Shown: positions 1 through 14,982, counted from the stretch's first letter. The stretch: DNA of 64,000 nt from Eledone cirrhosa (GCA_964016885.1 OZ024741.1:40300001-40364000); one strand, 5' to 3'. The notes: generated by a model not told the origin, from the sequence alone. Numbers and translations: made by a program.

Positions 1-485
1 ATATGTGTGTGTGTGTGTGTATTTACATGTGTGTGTGTGTGTGCATGTGTGTTTATATATATATATGTGTGTGTGTGTGAGTGTATGTGCGTGTGCATGT
101 GTGTGTGCATGTGTGTGTATATATATATATATGTGTGTGTGTGTGTGAGTGTATGTGCGTGTGCATGTGTGTGTGCATGTGTGTGTTTATATATATATAT
201 GTGTGTGTGTAGTGTATCAGTCAACGTAGTGAGTTTGCAATGACGTTCGAACTCGCCCCACCAGCTTTTCTTTGATTGACAACAGAAGTATGTCGCTAGC
301 CCCTTCGTACTCCATCAACCAACCTGACCCCCCACAAATTTCGCGCTCAGTGCTAAGTCGTCCTGTTTACCTTGTTTCTGTTGCTACAGGTTTCATTCTC
401 CATTTTTCTTGTTGTTGCTGTTACTTTCCTTATTATTGGTAGAGATGTTACTTTTGTTATCAATGTTTTTATGGTTGCTGCCATT

Positions 486-1230
486 GGTGGTGGTGGTGGT
501 GGTGGTGGTGGTAGTGGTGGCGTGGTGGTGGTGGTGGTGGTGGTGGTGGTGGTGGTGGTGGCGGTAGTGGTGGTAGTGGTGGCGTGGCGGTGGTGGTGGT
601 GGTGGTGGTGGTGGTGGTGGTGGTGGTGGTGGTGGTGGTGGTGGTGGTGGCGGTAGTGGTGGTAGTGGTGGTGGTGGTGGTGGTGGTGGTGGTGGTGGCG
701 GCGGCGGCGGTGGTGGTGGTGGTGGTGGCGTGGTGGTGGTGGTGGTGGTGGTGGTGGCGGTAGTGGTGGTAGTGGTGGTGGTGGTGGTGGTTGTGGTGGC
801 GGCGGTGGTGGTGGTGGTGGTGGTGGCGGTAGTAGTGGTGGTGGTGGTGGTGGTGGTGGTGGTGGTGGCGGTAGTGGCGGTAGTGGTGGTGGTGGTGGTG
901 GTGGTGGTGGTGGTGGTGGTGTTGGTGGTGTTGGTGGTGGTGGTGGTGGTGGTGGCGGCGGTAGTGGTGGTGGTGGTGTTGGTGGTAGTGGTGGTGGTGG
1001 TGGTGGTGGTGTTAGTGGTAGTGGCGGTGGTGGTGGTTGTGGTGGTGGTGGTGGTGGTGGCGGTAGTGGTTGCGGTCGTGGTGGTGGCGGTGGTGGTGGT
1101 GGTGGTAGTGGTGGTGGTGGTGGTGGCGGTGGTGGTGTCGGTAGTGGTTGCTGCTATTGTTGGCGGTGGTGGTGGTGAGGGCGGTAGTGGTTGCGGTCGT
1201 GGTGGTGGTGGTGGTGGTGGTGAGGGCGGT
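486..1230. repeat. (GGT)n-type trinucleotide microsatellite
   Basis: Degenerate GGT/GGC/AGT run; explains the poly-V/G/W ORFs. Confidence 0.95.
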
Positions 1231-1809
1231 GTGTAATTTGGGACGCTATTGTTTTTATCGTTGTTATGGCTGATAGTAATGGTAGTATTGTTGTTATCGT
1301 CGTTGTCGTCGTTGTCGTCGTTGTCACACCTCTATCGAACGTGTGTCGAGAGGTTTCGATGTCAGCAGGTACGAATTAACATTGAAGAGGTCAGGAGTGT
1401 GTTTGGGTTAGAAGGTCTGGTGGTTGGTTAGTTGGTAGGCCGAGTAGAGAGCCGGGTGGGATAGCTATCATTTATCATCGTATTTGTTATATGTGCTGAC
1501 GTTTGTGTATTTCTCAAACTTAGATAAGGGAATATTGAATAGAAATTAAATGAAATCAAATCAAATAGATTATAAATGAAACGCAACACTGACCCAGGGC
1601 GGGATGGAATATAACTTTGGATGGAATAGAGGAATCTGCATGTGTGGTAGGTGTTGAGAGGGGGAGAGATAGAGGGGGTGGGAGAGAGATGGGAGAGAGA
1701 GAAAGTGAGGACAGAGGGCGTGGGTTAGAGTGAGCGGTAGGTAGGCATGTAGATAGACAGGTAGATAGGTAGGGGGATATAGAGATAGATGAATAAATAG
1801 AAGACGTAC

Positions 1810-1935
1810 ATAATTACATGTATGCATGTAGATATATATATATATATATATATGTATGTATACATATATATATATATATGTATACATACATATATATATA
1901 TGTATACATATAGATATATATGTATATATATATAG

Positions 1936-1995
<60 letters not shown>

Positions 1996-2170
1996 ATGTG
2001 TGTGTGTGTGTGTGTGGGTATGTATATATATATATATAAATATATGTATACATATACTTATTTATGTATATATATATATATGTATATATATATGTGTATA
2101 TATACATATGTATTCATATACACATATATATATGTATATATATATATATATATATATACATATATATATG

Positions 2171-2208
<38 letters not shown>

Positions 2209-2222
2209 ATATAGATAGATAT
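1810..2222. repeat. Compound (TA)n/(TG)n microsatellite, representative of dozens across the window
   Basis: Direct reading; similar tracts at 3.3, 3.8, 6.0, 11.0, 20.4, 21.2-21.7, 33.4, 36.2, 39.8, 42.5 and 60.3 kb. Confidence 0.95.
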
Positions 2223-2730
2223 ATGTAAACATAATAACGTAAGAAATTTTAGGATCCCACACGGGTTAAAATATAGGAAAAAGAAGTTGAAAATGCAATT
2301 GAAGTCATTAAGAAGATTTATTTACAATACCTTTACTGGTTTCACAGTTTCATGATTTTCAAATGTTAAGTGAGATGAGGAGATGTGTGGTTAAGCCTGG
2401 ATATATTTCGAGATGTGTGAGAGTTACTCATAGCAGGCGTGGAGTAGGACTTCTTATTACGAAGACTGTGGATGATCTGCCAAAACACTTTATTTGCCGA
2501 ACCCATTCACATACTTTTACACCTCTACACTAATTCATAAACACACACATACCTCCATATAAACACACGATTTAACTAAAGATGTATCATTGCACACATT
2601 TTGCCCGTTTGAAAAGTCTCTAGGATTGATATGCCATAAATATACATATGGCACCTGTATGAAGACGTGCGCTCTGAATTTCTATTTAATAATATGTCCT
2701 TAACAAATTATAATTCATAATTTTCGAATG

Positions 2731-2936
2731 TACGAGGTTCGCGTGAAAAGTTCAAAGACTGACTAATATACTGCCATGGAATATCCAAATGAGGTTTATT
2801 TTTCAACATAGCCCCTGGGAAGAAACATTGCAGCAGTTAATAAGAGGAGCTGAAATTAATGCATGCAAGATTTCACAGCTGCAGCATCACTCCTTCATAG
2901 TCGTCCGATGAACTTACTTTTCAGCCTACCTCCGTA
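2731..2936. mobile_element. Non-autonomous Tc1/mariner element (MITE)
   Basis: TA-flanked imperfect TIRs: TACGAGGTTCGCGTGAAAAGTTCA and TGAACTTACTTTTCAGCCTACCTCCGTA; mariner-like subterminal TTTATTTTTCAACATAGCCCC. Confidence 0.65.
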
Positions 2937-2982
2937 CATAACTGGCATTGTATCTTGCTATCTTTGTATCATTAGACTTTTA

Positions 2983-4073
<1,091 letters not shown>

Positions 4074-4094
4074 TCTTTACTATATGTTAAATAA

Positions 4095-4440
4095 TGGTTT
4101 CTGATTTAGGCACAGGGCCAGCAATTTGGAGGGAAGGGAGAGTCAATTACATTACTGGTACTTTATTTTATCGACCCCGTAAGGATAAAAGGCAAAGTTA
4201 ACCTCGGCGAGATTTGAACTCAGAATGTAAAGGGCTGTAACTCTATGCTGCAAAGCATTTGGCACAAGGCCATCAGTTTGGAGGGAGGGGAAAGTCGAAT
4301 AAATCGACCGCAGTGCATTACTGGTACTTTATTTCATCGACTTGGTTATGATGAAAGGCAAAGTTAACCTCGGCGGAATTTGAACTCAGAACGTAAAAGA
4401 CCGGAACTCTAAGCCGCAAACATGTAGTCCGATGCTCTAA
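4095..4440 (-). mobile_element. Two tandem copies of tRNA-derived SINE family A
   Basis: Reverse complement of B box GAGTTCAAAT.CCGCCGAGG and the conserved body TTTGCCTTTCATCCTTACGGGGTCGATAAAATAAAGTACCAGT, present twice. Confidence 0.85.
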
Positions 4441-5019
4441 GATATTGGTTTGCAGACATATGTCAATAGTGATATACTAGATATATTATTTCTACACTCC
4501 CACATAAACACCACAAGTACTACAAATTGTTAAACAAAGCCGCCGTTAAGCTTTCGTTCTCTACCACACACAATTTTCCGCCGGCAATATCGATCGTATT
4601 CCTAATTAAATACAGTATATTTTAATTTATTAATGAAGGATTTCTGAGGGATTTATTATCATTGTTAATTATTTCATTACTAAGAGAGTAACTATAATGA
4701 AAGTTCTTATATTGGAATTTTTTAATATGAATTGTGTGATTTTATTTCATAGAACCAGAGCCGGTGGGGGCCAGACTGGTAAATAAAGGGTTAAAAGCAA
4801 CCCATTTTGAAAACATCGTGAGGTTTGCACCTAATTGCAATTGCAATACTAGTAGATTATGTTTCCTCAAAGTATACAGTCTAACAGAGTACTAATATAC
4901 AAGGCTACCATGAATACTGGATTACATTCCTGATCACATAGAGCTTTAAGTGCCAACACATTTCACAAATATATCGGAGTCACATAATTTTATTATTTAA
5001 ACATAATATTGATTTGAAG

Positions 5020-5220
5020 AATTTGAAAAGCGTCGGGCACCCTGCTTCGCAGTATAGAGTTATGGGAATTTACATTCTGGGTTTGAATCCCGCCGAGGTT
5101 AGCTTTAACTTTCATCATTACGACGTTGATAAAATGAAGTACCAGTCACACACTGGGTCGATTTAATCGAGTTTCCCCTCCTCAAAAATTGCTGGCCTTG
5201 TGCCTCAATCAGAAATCCTT
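5020..5220 (+). mobile_element. SINE family A
   Basis: B box GGGTTTGAATCCC, conserved body, 3' TTGCTGGCCTTGTGCC. Confidence 0.8.
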
Positions 5221-5452
5221 ATTTAAACATAATAACTGTAAATCTATTGTCTGACTATTATTTCTCTCATATAGTTGTGGAATCTTATAAACACTTAACA
5301 CGCGCTTTAATTTTTGTATTGCTAATTACCTTAATAATTTCAATTAATCGACGTTTCAGTTAATCTTGCAAATATATATGATCTACCTGGTATATATGTG
5401 CATGTGTGTCTATGTCAGTGTGTGTTAGGGTGCTTGTGCGAGTGTGTGGAGA

Positions 5453-5491
<39 letters not shown>

Positions 5492-5709
5492 ATATATATG
5501 CATACGCATATATATATATATATATATCCCTTATATATATATAAGAGATAACAAAATATCGTTATAGGTAATCCAGTTAGAGGTTGTGAATACTTCTTAT
5601 TATGGATAGTTTTAGCGTACGGCGTTGTTTGACTCAACAAGAGGTTTACGTAGATGACGAGTTTATGATTTCACTTGTATTCCTATGTAAGTTTATCTTG
5701 GAGTAATAA

Positions 5710-6011
5710 AATTGAAAAAGTGGAGAATAACATGGTCAACAGTACAAAAAAGGGGGTTTATTTACAGTCTAACAATTGTTTCACTGATAAAGTTGTCTAA
5801 AAATTGATGAACACTAGAAGCAGTGCCACTCAATTTTAAATACGATGTTTGCTTGATGATCCGATCAAGCAAACATCGTATTTAAAATTGAGTGGCACTG
5901 CTTCTAGTGTTCAGCAATTTTTAGACAACTTTATCAGTGAAACAATTGTTAGACTGTAAATAAACCCCCTTTTTTGTACTGTTGACCATGTTATTCTCCA
6001 CTTTTTCAATT
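5710..6011. repeat. Near-perfect fold-back: 148-bp arms, 6-nt loop
   Basis: 5710-5857 is the reverse complement of 5864-6011; one mismatch seen. Confidence 0.95.
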
Positions 6012-6026
6012 ATATATTTATATACA

Positions 6027-6076
<50 letters not shown>

Positions 6077-6462
6077 ATATATATAGATACATATGGATAT
6101 TTATATATACACACACATATATATTGATATATATATAGAGACAGAGAGATAGATATATATTTATTTCCACAGGCTAATAAACAGGCAGACATAATCACAC
6201 ATACTCACATGGAGAAGAAAAGGTGTCACCAATAAATCCGTCTATGAAGTTGTTTGTGTGATTTATAAGTAGTTTGCACTGAACATCGACCGTCTTCGAT
6301 TGACATGTGGTATTTTAGAGCGGTTGCTAATTTATATTATCTATACTTACTCAATAACATTGTACGGAAAACTGGATTAGAAGGTTAATACAGGCGAACA
6401 ACCAACAGACATACTGGTTCGAGTGATTGATGATTACAATATACACAAACATACACACCGAA

Positions 6463-6518
<56 letters not shown>

Positions 6519-6793
6519 AGTGAGAAAGAGACAAATAGGTAGATATACATACAAAAACGTTTATACGTACATTCAGTTACACATATATATATAAACATAT
6601 ACGTATATATATATATATATATTTATATGAATGACATATGTCTATGTGGGTATGTGTGTGTGTGTGTGAACATAGACATGTCTTCAAAGGAACGAAGAAC
6701 TCTCGAAAGCCAGAGATTACTTCCCGTTTCCTGGCATGAAGTGGATGAAAGATGAATCTCTTCCTGGGTAGAACACTAGCCACCCTGTTCTTA

Positions 6794-6796
<3 letters not shown>

Positions 6797-6869
<73 letters not shown>

Positions 6870-6917
6870 AGAGAGAGATGGATAGTTAGATATAAGAATA
6901 GATAGTTATATAGATAA

Positions 6918-7000
<83 letters not shown>

Positions 7001-7138
7001 TAAAAATAGATAGATAGATAGATATAAAAATAGATAGATGGAGAGATAGATAGAGAGATAGATAGATATAAAAATAGATAGATAGATAGATAGATAGATA
7101 TAAAAATAGGTAGGTAGATAGATAGATAGATAGATAGA
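6797..7138. repeat. (GATA)n/(GA)n microsatellite
   Basis: Direct reading. Confidence 0.95.
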
Positions 7139-9728
7139 TTTCTATATTTTCCACAAGGGCGCACAAGAAAAGGGGACAAAACAAAGACATTCCGGGGATT
7201 TTACATATAGTCCTGTAAAAATATTGAAACAAACAATTATAACAATCGAAATCCCCAATAGGGGGGAAGCGCAACAAATGGGTTGTTTAATACCCCGTCG
7301 ATAGAACAACCCTCAACTTCAGGAGCGTGTTGTGCAAGTGCTCCCTTCTTCCTTTTGCTCTCTTCTTTAACCTACAGGCTTATAAACAGAGAAGGCCCAA
7401 TCACTCGAGACATTTTTGCCATATTCACCTACCTTTCAGTAAATTTACTGGGGTGCAGTGCCTCTCTCTCCACTCTGGTACTCCTTCTAAAGTGATACTT
7501 AACCTGGTGGTTTGATGCTTACTATGGACTCGGCAGTCAACTGGATTTGTCCCATACGCAACAGCACTTGTTCTGCGTAGTTCCACAGGTCGCTTACGCC
7601 CGGGCAGTGTACAATTGCGTGCAAGACGGTTTCAATGTCCTGCTCGCATCTTGGACACGTCCTCTTGGAAGGATCTCTGCCGGGGCGTCCGTGCCTGTAG
7701 GTCTTATCTCGAACGGTTACAGCTCCTCGGTAGTACTGCCAGGCCAGGGATCTCTGGAAGTTGTCGATAGGTCCCGGGCGGAAAGTCCTACCGAACAGAC
7801 TGGTGAGCTCGTCGTCTTCGACGCCTAGAGTCTCCCCGAACACGTCGTTACACTTGTAAATTACTAACCCTCTATAGAATGTCGAAGGGGAGTCTCCACT
7901 GATTGCTGTGCTCGCTTGATAGGGGACTGTGAACGCCTGAGCGCATTCAATATGCAAGGCGCCCATTTTCTTCGGTCTTCGCTTCACCCAGGACTGCAGC
8001 TCCGTCAGCGAGACAAGTTGTGGGAAGGCCTGTGTCACAAACAGTGCCCACACCGGTTGGTCGGTGAGGAATACCTTGAGATGCCGTAGCCTCAGCGCAT
8101 GTTTACGCATCATTAGCCATGGCATGCCCAGCCCTACGTTGGAAGGGTGTTGACAGCAGACGGATCTCCTCGCCAGTTGAGCCTGCTTCTTCCACTGGAA
8201 GAGCATGCGTTCCATCTTGGTGAGGTATTCACGGGGACAAGGCACAATAGTTAAGCGGTAGTAGATGACGGACGCTATGAAAGTGTTCGCCACCTCCGTT
8301 CGACCTTTCAAAGACAGTTTGTACTCTGCCCACTTCCGGATGAGCGCAAATACCTTGGCCATGACCTCGTTCCTGTTTTTCTCCACCTGGAGGTCTGGAT
8401 CAAACCAGACCTCGAGCAATTTCACCGGTCCTTCCGTCCAGCGTCCGACGACGCTGTCGGATGGCATCGGTTTGCCTCTCCACGTTCCGAGTTGCAAACC
8501 GACAGACTTCTCCGGGTTCAGTTTTGCTCCTGTGAACCTTTCGTATTCCTGTAGTAAGTTGCCGATTACCTTGATTTCCGAGGATTTCGACATCATTAAG
8601 GTTATGTCGTCGGCATAAGCCGACGCCGCTTTTCGCAGTCCCGGTTCTAAAGGGATGCCCTGCAAAAGCTCCAACTTTCGCAGTAGTGGCTCTAAAGTCA
8701 ATACGTACAGAATGGAGGAGAGAAGGCATCACTGTCGAATGGAACGCGTGATTGCGAACTTCTCTGATAGGTAGCCGTTCACCTTGACCCTCGAGCAGAT
8801 GCTGGTGTGCATCGCCTCGATCCAGCCTCTGAAAACGGGACCGAAACTGGCCGCCTTGAGAACCGCTTCCAAGTAACGATGGTCGACCCTATCGAATGCC
8901 TTAGACTGATCTAAATTGATCAGAGCCCTACCGAAGCCGGGTTTACACGCCACCCTCTCTATAATGTATCGCTACAGGTGGATGTTGTCGTGTATGGACC
9001 TGGTCGGGATTGTACACGTTTGCGCTTTCCTTACCAGGTTTTCGACGACAAGCGCCAGCCTCGTTGCTAGCACCTTGGCCAAAATCTTTAACACTGTGTT
9101 GAGCAGAGTTGTGGGCCTGAAATTGTTTATTTCGTCCCCTTTGTTCTCGTTTTTCCTGATCAACGTTACTACGCCCTTGTCTGCAGAACTGGGAATTGTC
9201 CCGTTCTGCTGCCAATTGCAGTAGACGGCTTCGAGGACGCCAGAGAAAAAGTCAGGCCTGCCTATGTAAGACTCATAGGGTAGACCATCTAGACCGGGTG
9301 ATTTGCGTTTGCCGCAGCGGCCCAGAGCTGTGGCTGTGATCGATCTTTCGCAGAACTCGGCGTCCATGCTTGAGAGACGCGGCAGGCCGTCGAGGTATGA
9401 ACCAAAGTCCATTGCCCCGTTTGGTGCACCGTCGTTCTGCTCAAACAGTCGCGCAAAGTGCCGCTGAAAGGCCGCACACATCTGCCTGGGGTCAAGTAGC
9501 ACGCGTCCGTTTTGGTCTTTCAAAGACCGAATCGTGGACTTGTTGCCACTTTTCGCTTCCACCACTCGAGCCCAGCTAACAGCTTTTGCTCCCTCGTTTC
9601 CTAGAGCACGTGATTTACTTCTAACCACGCAGCCCTCGTGTTTCGCATCGAAGAACTGGTCAAGTGCCGTTCTCGATGCTAGCACTCTAGCTGCGTTGCC
9701 ACTCCCAAGCGCCTCTTCTACCTTGGCT
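7139..9728 (-). mobile_element. 5'-truncated, frameshifted L1/Tx1-like LINE (ORF2 RT and C-terminal CCHC region)
   Basis: ORF pieces 8972-9769, 8729-8953 and 7499-8701 contain KSPGLDGLPYE, NFRPTTLLNT..KILAK, INLDQSKAFDRVDH, SIRQ, AYADDIT, LNPEKS and CPRC...ETVLHAIVHC. Confidence 0.92.
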
Positions 9729-9750
9729 AGATAGAGAGATAGATAGATAT

Positions 9751-9905
9751 ATTTCTTTATTTTCCACAAGGGCGCACAAGAACAGGGGACAATACAAGGA
9801 CATATGCCGGGGATTTTACATACAGTCGTGTAAAAATATTGAAAAAACTATTATAACAATCGAAATCTCCAATAGGGGGGGAGGCGCCACAAATGGGTTG
9901 TTTAA
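9751..9905 (-). mobile_element. Isolated 3' end of the same Tx1-like family
   Basis: Close copy of 7139-7290 (TTTTCCACAAGGGCGCACAAG...ACAAATGGGTTGTTTAATA), flanked by GATA repeats. Confidence 0.9.
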
Positions 9906-10204
9906 TAGATAGATAGATAGAACCATATATGCGTGCACACATACATATAGATTATATTTAATAACGTTTTTGCAGGGGCAGTGGTCGTATCAACATTTGT
10001 GATAGTAGACTGGAAAAAAAAAGATTTGCAGCTTTCTCACACCAACACCGAAAATCTATCTTAATCTGTTTTATATGAAACTATCTTTGCATAAATTTTA
10101 ATCTGTTATTTTAATAAATATTTGCTCTAGTGTTCTTATATATTTGATATATATTCATCCTTATTGAGCCCTCTTTGGATTTTAGTCTTCACATTTAATA
10201 TTAT

Positions 10205-10385
10205 ATTGGCAGTATCGGTAGAGGGTCGGATGCCAATATTTGACGCATAGAGTTATGGCCCTTGTCATTCTGAGTTCAAATCCCGCTGAGGTTAACTTTG
10301 CCTTTCCTCCTTACGGGGTCGATAAAATAAAGTACCAGTAACACACTGGGTAATTGCTGGCCTTCTGCCAAAAGTAGAAACAATT
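10205..10385 (+). mobile_element. SINE family A
   Basis: A box TGGCAGTATCGG, B box GAGTTCAAATCCC, conserved body and tail. Confidence 0.9.
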
Positions 10386-10487
10386 ATTACTATATATATA
10401 TAAGAGTGGAAGTTAGTAAAATGGAAGTTGCGGTGGTCGGCCAGCATCCACGAATAAAACAATTCGAAGCTTATATATATATGTATG

Positions 10488-10536
<49 letters not shown>

Positions 10537-11006
10537 TACAACATACATACACATATATATATATACCATATAAAAGTCGAATTTTTTAGATGGGTACTAC
10601 TTTTAAGGAGTTTGAAACTAAAGCCAGGATCCAATGTACCGTGTCAGTAGCTGAAGCCCAACTGATCTTTAAACTAATAAAAAGAAAAACACAATGAATT
10701 ACTGCAACATTACCGATTCCATGCATCAAAACAACTATAGGGCAGACCACAGTAATGTAGGCACAAGTTTGGGTAATTTTTTTAGTTTCAGGCATATATT
10801 TGCAATAATATAAATTTGCTGTAAATTCATGACAATTTTGTAACAGTATTATTTCTATGTACAGAATGATAGCATATATGTTGGCCTGTTATCCGTGAAA
10901 TACTAGGGTCGATTTCATACGAGGTCTATGAAAAATTCCAGATTTTCTGGCCAAAAATAGGGACTTGACTTTTATATGAGATCGACTATCACACGAGTAT
11001 ATACGT

Positions 11007-11053
<47 letters not shown>

Positions 11054-11087
11054 TATTACACGAGTATATTCGTTATGTATGTATATG

Positions 11088-11163
<76 letters not shown>

Positions 11164-11619
11164 GTATATCTGGCGATATACTGTATGTTTAATTAAAAAC
11201 ATTTTGAAGACTTTGCGCTATTATTTTAGAGTAGAGACTATGTCACTTCTTTTTTCAACAAGGAAAGGGAGATAAGCTAACAGATCTCTTTCACACTGTT
11301 GGTGTTCATCAGATCTTAGCACTCGCCGACCTTTGTTGAAAATTATAGAGGCTGGATTCTTATAGAATTCCAGTAATAATCAGGAACTGATTATACAGAG
11401 CGATTTGCCGGTCCAACAAAAATTGAAAAAAATATATATATATATATATGTATATATATAATTAAAAAATGGAGTTAAAACTCACATCAGTCCCCTATAA
11501 TAAATGGTGGTGGTGGTGGTGGGGGGAGTTATCCTCTATGATTGAACATATGCCTCTATGTGTACTTCTCTACATGCTGATTTATAAAGAGCCCGGAATA
11601 TATATTCCTTGAGGTCATT

Positions 11620-11805
11620 AAATTATAGAGGATTAATGTAAGTCTTAGTGTCTGCAGTTCTGTTCGCATGCCAACACAAGAGCAACAATGAAGTGTTCAT
11701 TCTACTGACATGGCTATACAATTGAGGCTTATTTGCATAATTGCAAACGAATCGAATGTTATTATTAATATTCGAAAAACTCAGATTACATTTATTGTAT
11801 TCAGC
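11620..11805. repeat. Unclassified interspersed repeat
   Basis: Inverted homologue at about 47740-47905. Confidence 0.75.
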
Positions 11806-11881
11806 CATGTAGAGCGAAATTTTCTTTTTTTTTTAATTTGGCAAAGCCGGCCATTTATCGCTCGTATACAGGAAACTCAAA

Positions 11882-13990
11882 TTTTCCCTGGATAGTAAAG
11901 GAAAGAAGGGAAAGAGAAGAAAAGTCAAATATTTCAAATTATTAAGATTAGTATGCAAATGAGGTTGAGGTATAGGGCTAAAAAAAAAACGTTATTTTTA
12001 GACGCTATGTAGATTTAAATAATTATTGAGATATATATTTTTTATAGCACTAGATAAGTGTTTTTCTAAAGCCCACAGATACCACTCTATTTTTAAAAGA
12101 CACACTATAAAACTATCCTACTCTACTACTATGAACATAGCACAAAATATAAATAGAATTAATAATAGAAACTTAAATTTAAACCCTAACCAAACAAAGT
12201 AAGATAACAATAATAATATTTCTAACAACAATATTCATAATAATAGTACCGTTCCTAATAACAACTCCAGAAAATATAACTGTAGAATTAAATCAAACTG
12301 CCCTTTACAAAATAATTGCTTAGACAAAAACGTAATTTATAAATGCACAGTTAAAACTAGAGACAAAATATTTAACTATATAGGTGCCACTTCTACAAAA
12401 TTCAAAGAACGCTGGTACACCCACAAACATACATTTAATAGGTCCGATAAAAAATCTTCCACTTCACTTTCACATTTAATTTGGAATTTGAAAAGACAAC
12501 AATATAGACTATTCAATATCTTGGGGAACGATTTCGAAAGCACCTGCATACCGAAATATTGCTTTCTCAAGAATCTGTCATTTGTGTATCGAGGAAATTT
12601 TTTATATAATTAACTGTCAAAACTCTATTAATCTTAAAACAATTATTTTCTAGTTGCAGATATCGCCAAAATTCCACTTTCAGAAGTATTTTTAATTTAT
12701 GATATTCATTACACTTGACTATATCTTATACACATTTAAAATGATCCTATTATTTACTGAGTATTTCTTTAAAAATTTAAATTTTTTAAAATGATCTTCC
12801 TTCTTGATTTTAATATTTTTACCATTTGAAATTAGTTTCCTAATGATACTCTTCTAAATCTATTTTTTTTAGATGTAGATTGATTATCTTTAATTGACAT
12901 TCTGAAAGATATTCTCTTTCCGATAGCTCTTCGAAATGCACAATACTTTTTTCCTCTTTTTTGATCTCCAAACTTTTCACACATCTTTTGACTAAAATAA
13001 TATGTAATTGAAACTCTCATCCTTGAAAAAATTAATCTCACACGAAATAATATATAATTTTCTCTACATACTTTCTGAGTAAATCATTCATCAAATTTAA
13101 CGGTTAGCAAATAATATTGGAGTTATCTTTTCCTTTTCAATCGAGCAAACATAAACATTATAACATGTATGATAAACTATATAACTTCGCTAAATTAACA
13201 ATATTCTTAAAACATTTTCAATGTTGGAACAAAATATTTGAATCTACAAATTGTTCTCCTCTTACAACTTGAACTACGTCTTTGTCTTAAATTTGTTTTT
13301 ATGTAAAATGCAAAATCAACATCCTTCGTAACTCATATGAGAAATGTAAACAACTAATAATTGTGATTTATTTCTATAAAATCACCAATAATACTTATAC
13401 ATGCACAATTATTAATCTATATAGATATTTATATACTTACAGCCTGTTGTAATATAAGATAAAATGTACTTACAACCATAATTCTTCATATAATCTAATT
13501 GATTATATATACAGTATTAAAACTCATAATATAGCTAAATGATTTTTAAATTCTTGAATCATATTCCACCATCCTACGAACTGTTAATTCTTTTTAAATT
13601 AACGTAAATACAAGCTCTTCTTTCTTCTTCCTATACATACATACATACATATATCCTAATAATTATTTAAATCTACATAGCGTCTAAAAATAACGTTTTT
13701 TTCAGCCCTATACCTCAACCTCATTTGCATACTCATCTTAATAATTTGAAATATTTGACTTTTCTTCTCTTTCCTTTCTTCCCTTTACTATCCAGGAAAA
13801 ACTTGAACCGTCAAGTTCTTCTTTCCTGGTTATGTCAATATTTATAAAACAAACTTTGTATTTTATCTGATGAGTGCGTAACAAAGTTTTGGTACCCTTG
13901 GAATATATATAATAGAATAAATATGGATTTATAAATATAGTTTCCATTTATTTAATATCATTGAATATTATACTCCAGAAGACTTGTCGA
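11882..13990 (+). mobile_element. Degenerate 5'-truncated PLE (GIY-YIG) with inverted 5' pseudo-LTR segment
   Basis: 12050-12690 translates to LDKCF..HRYHSIFKRHTIKLSYSTT..NCRIKSNCPLQNNCLDKNVIYKC..YIGATSTKFKERWYTH. 11882-12028 is the reverse complement of 13660-13800. Confidence 0.88.
13859..13919 (+). ncRNA. Degenerate type I hammerhead ribozyme at PLE 3' end
   Basis: TATTTTAT-CTGATGA-[stem II]-GGAA (for GAAA)-TATATATA-ATAGAATA; homologous to the intact motif at 40066-40131. Confidence 0.6.
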
Positions 13991-14057
13991 GTGCTTTGAA
14001 TCAGTTATAAACATTTATATTTGTTGAATTACCAACAAATTGAATATCCCTTTTGCT

Positions 14058-14106
<49 letters not shown>

Positions 14107-14109
<3 letters not shown>

Positions 14110-14306
14110 AAGGGTGACCACAAAAACACTCCGAGCTTGATCATCGCATTGGTGTTTGCCGAGCAACAAAAGGGGCATGTGATATCAACCAATACCACAT
14201 GAAACTATGTTAGTTTATGCAACTGTAGCCACCAATATTGTAAGAATTTTCATTTAAGTTTTCATATTACAAGTATTTGAAATCAAGGAGGGTTTTTGTG
14301 GTATTC

Positions 14307-14311
<5 letters not shown>
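14107..14311. mobile_element. Tc1/mariner-type MITE
   Basis: TA-flanked imperfect TIRs AGGGTGACCACAAAAACACTCC and GGAGGGTTTTTGTGGTATTCCTG. Confidence 0.6.
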
Positions 14312-14368
<57 letters not shown>

Positions 14369-14544
14369 GGATATCACAACTGGCTCATTGTAGGAAACAC
14401 GATCTTCAGAACTTGATTAACGTTGACTAGTCTCTATTGTAGTATGAAGCGACGCATTGATTACAGCCAGGAATGGGGACTAAGTATTTAGGGACTTGTG
14501 TTAGCACTACTATGAATGCCCCATTCTTTCAAATAAAATACGAA

Positions 14545-14982
14545 CTACTTGTATGCCTGTAAGACTTGGACAATGACAGCAGATCTGGGAAGAAGGATAC
14601 AGGCTATGGAGATTCAGAAAGCTCCTTGGCATCACTTACAAAGACCGCATTTCGAATGAGGAGGTGCAAAACTGAATTTAGCAAGCCATCAGGCCCTACG
14701 AAGACGTACTGAGCATTGTAAAACAACGCAAATTGAGATGGTACGGGAACGTGACAAGGTCTTCAGGGCTTGCCAAGACTGTCCTGCAGGGAACAATACA
14801 AGGAGGGAAGAAGAGGGGTAGTCAGACAAATAGATGGGAGGACAATATCCCGGAATGGACAGGCATGAGAATGAGTGGAACCATGAGAAGGGCGGTGAGG
14901 CGAGAGGAATGGAAAGAGCTGGTTGCCGGGTCATCTGTGGCGCCCCAACGGTCCACCAGACTACGGGACAGATGAGATGAGA
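14545..14982 (+). mobile_element. RTE-clade LINE 3' fragment
   Basis: YACKTWT...RKLLGITYKDRISNEEV...RKLRWYGNVTR...KTVLQG.IQGGKKRG...RWEDNI.EW; short GATGA-repeat tail. Confidence 0.88.

Noticed and set aside
1-2262. [12 protein letters not shown], poly-V, poly-T and poly-H ORFs here and throughout
   Set aside because: Translations of microsatellites.
10580-10880. Possible exon or hAT transposase relic
   Set aside because: Only vague similarity, with stops in most frames and no recognisable motif.
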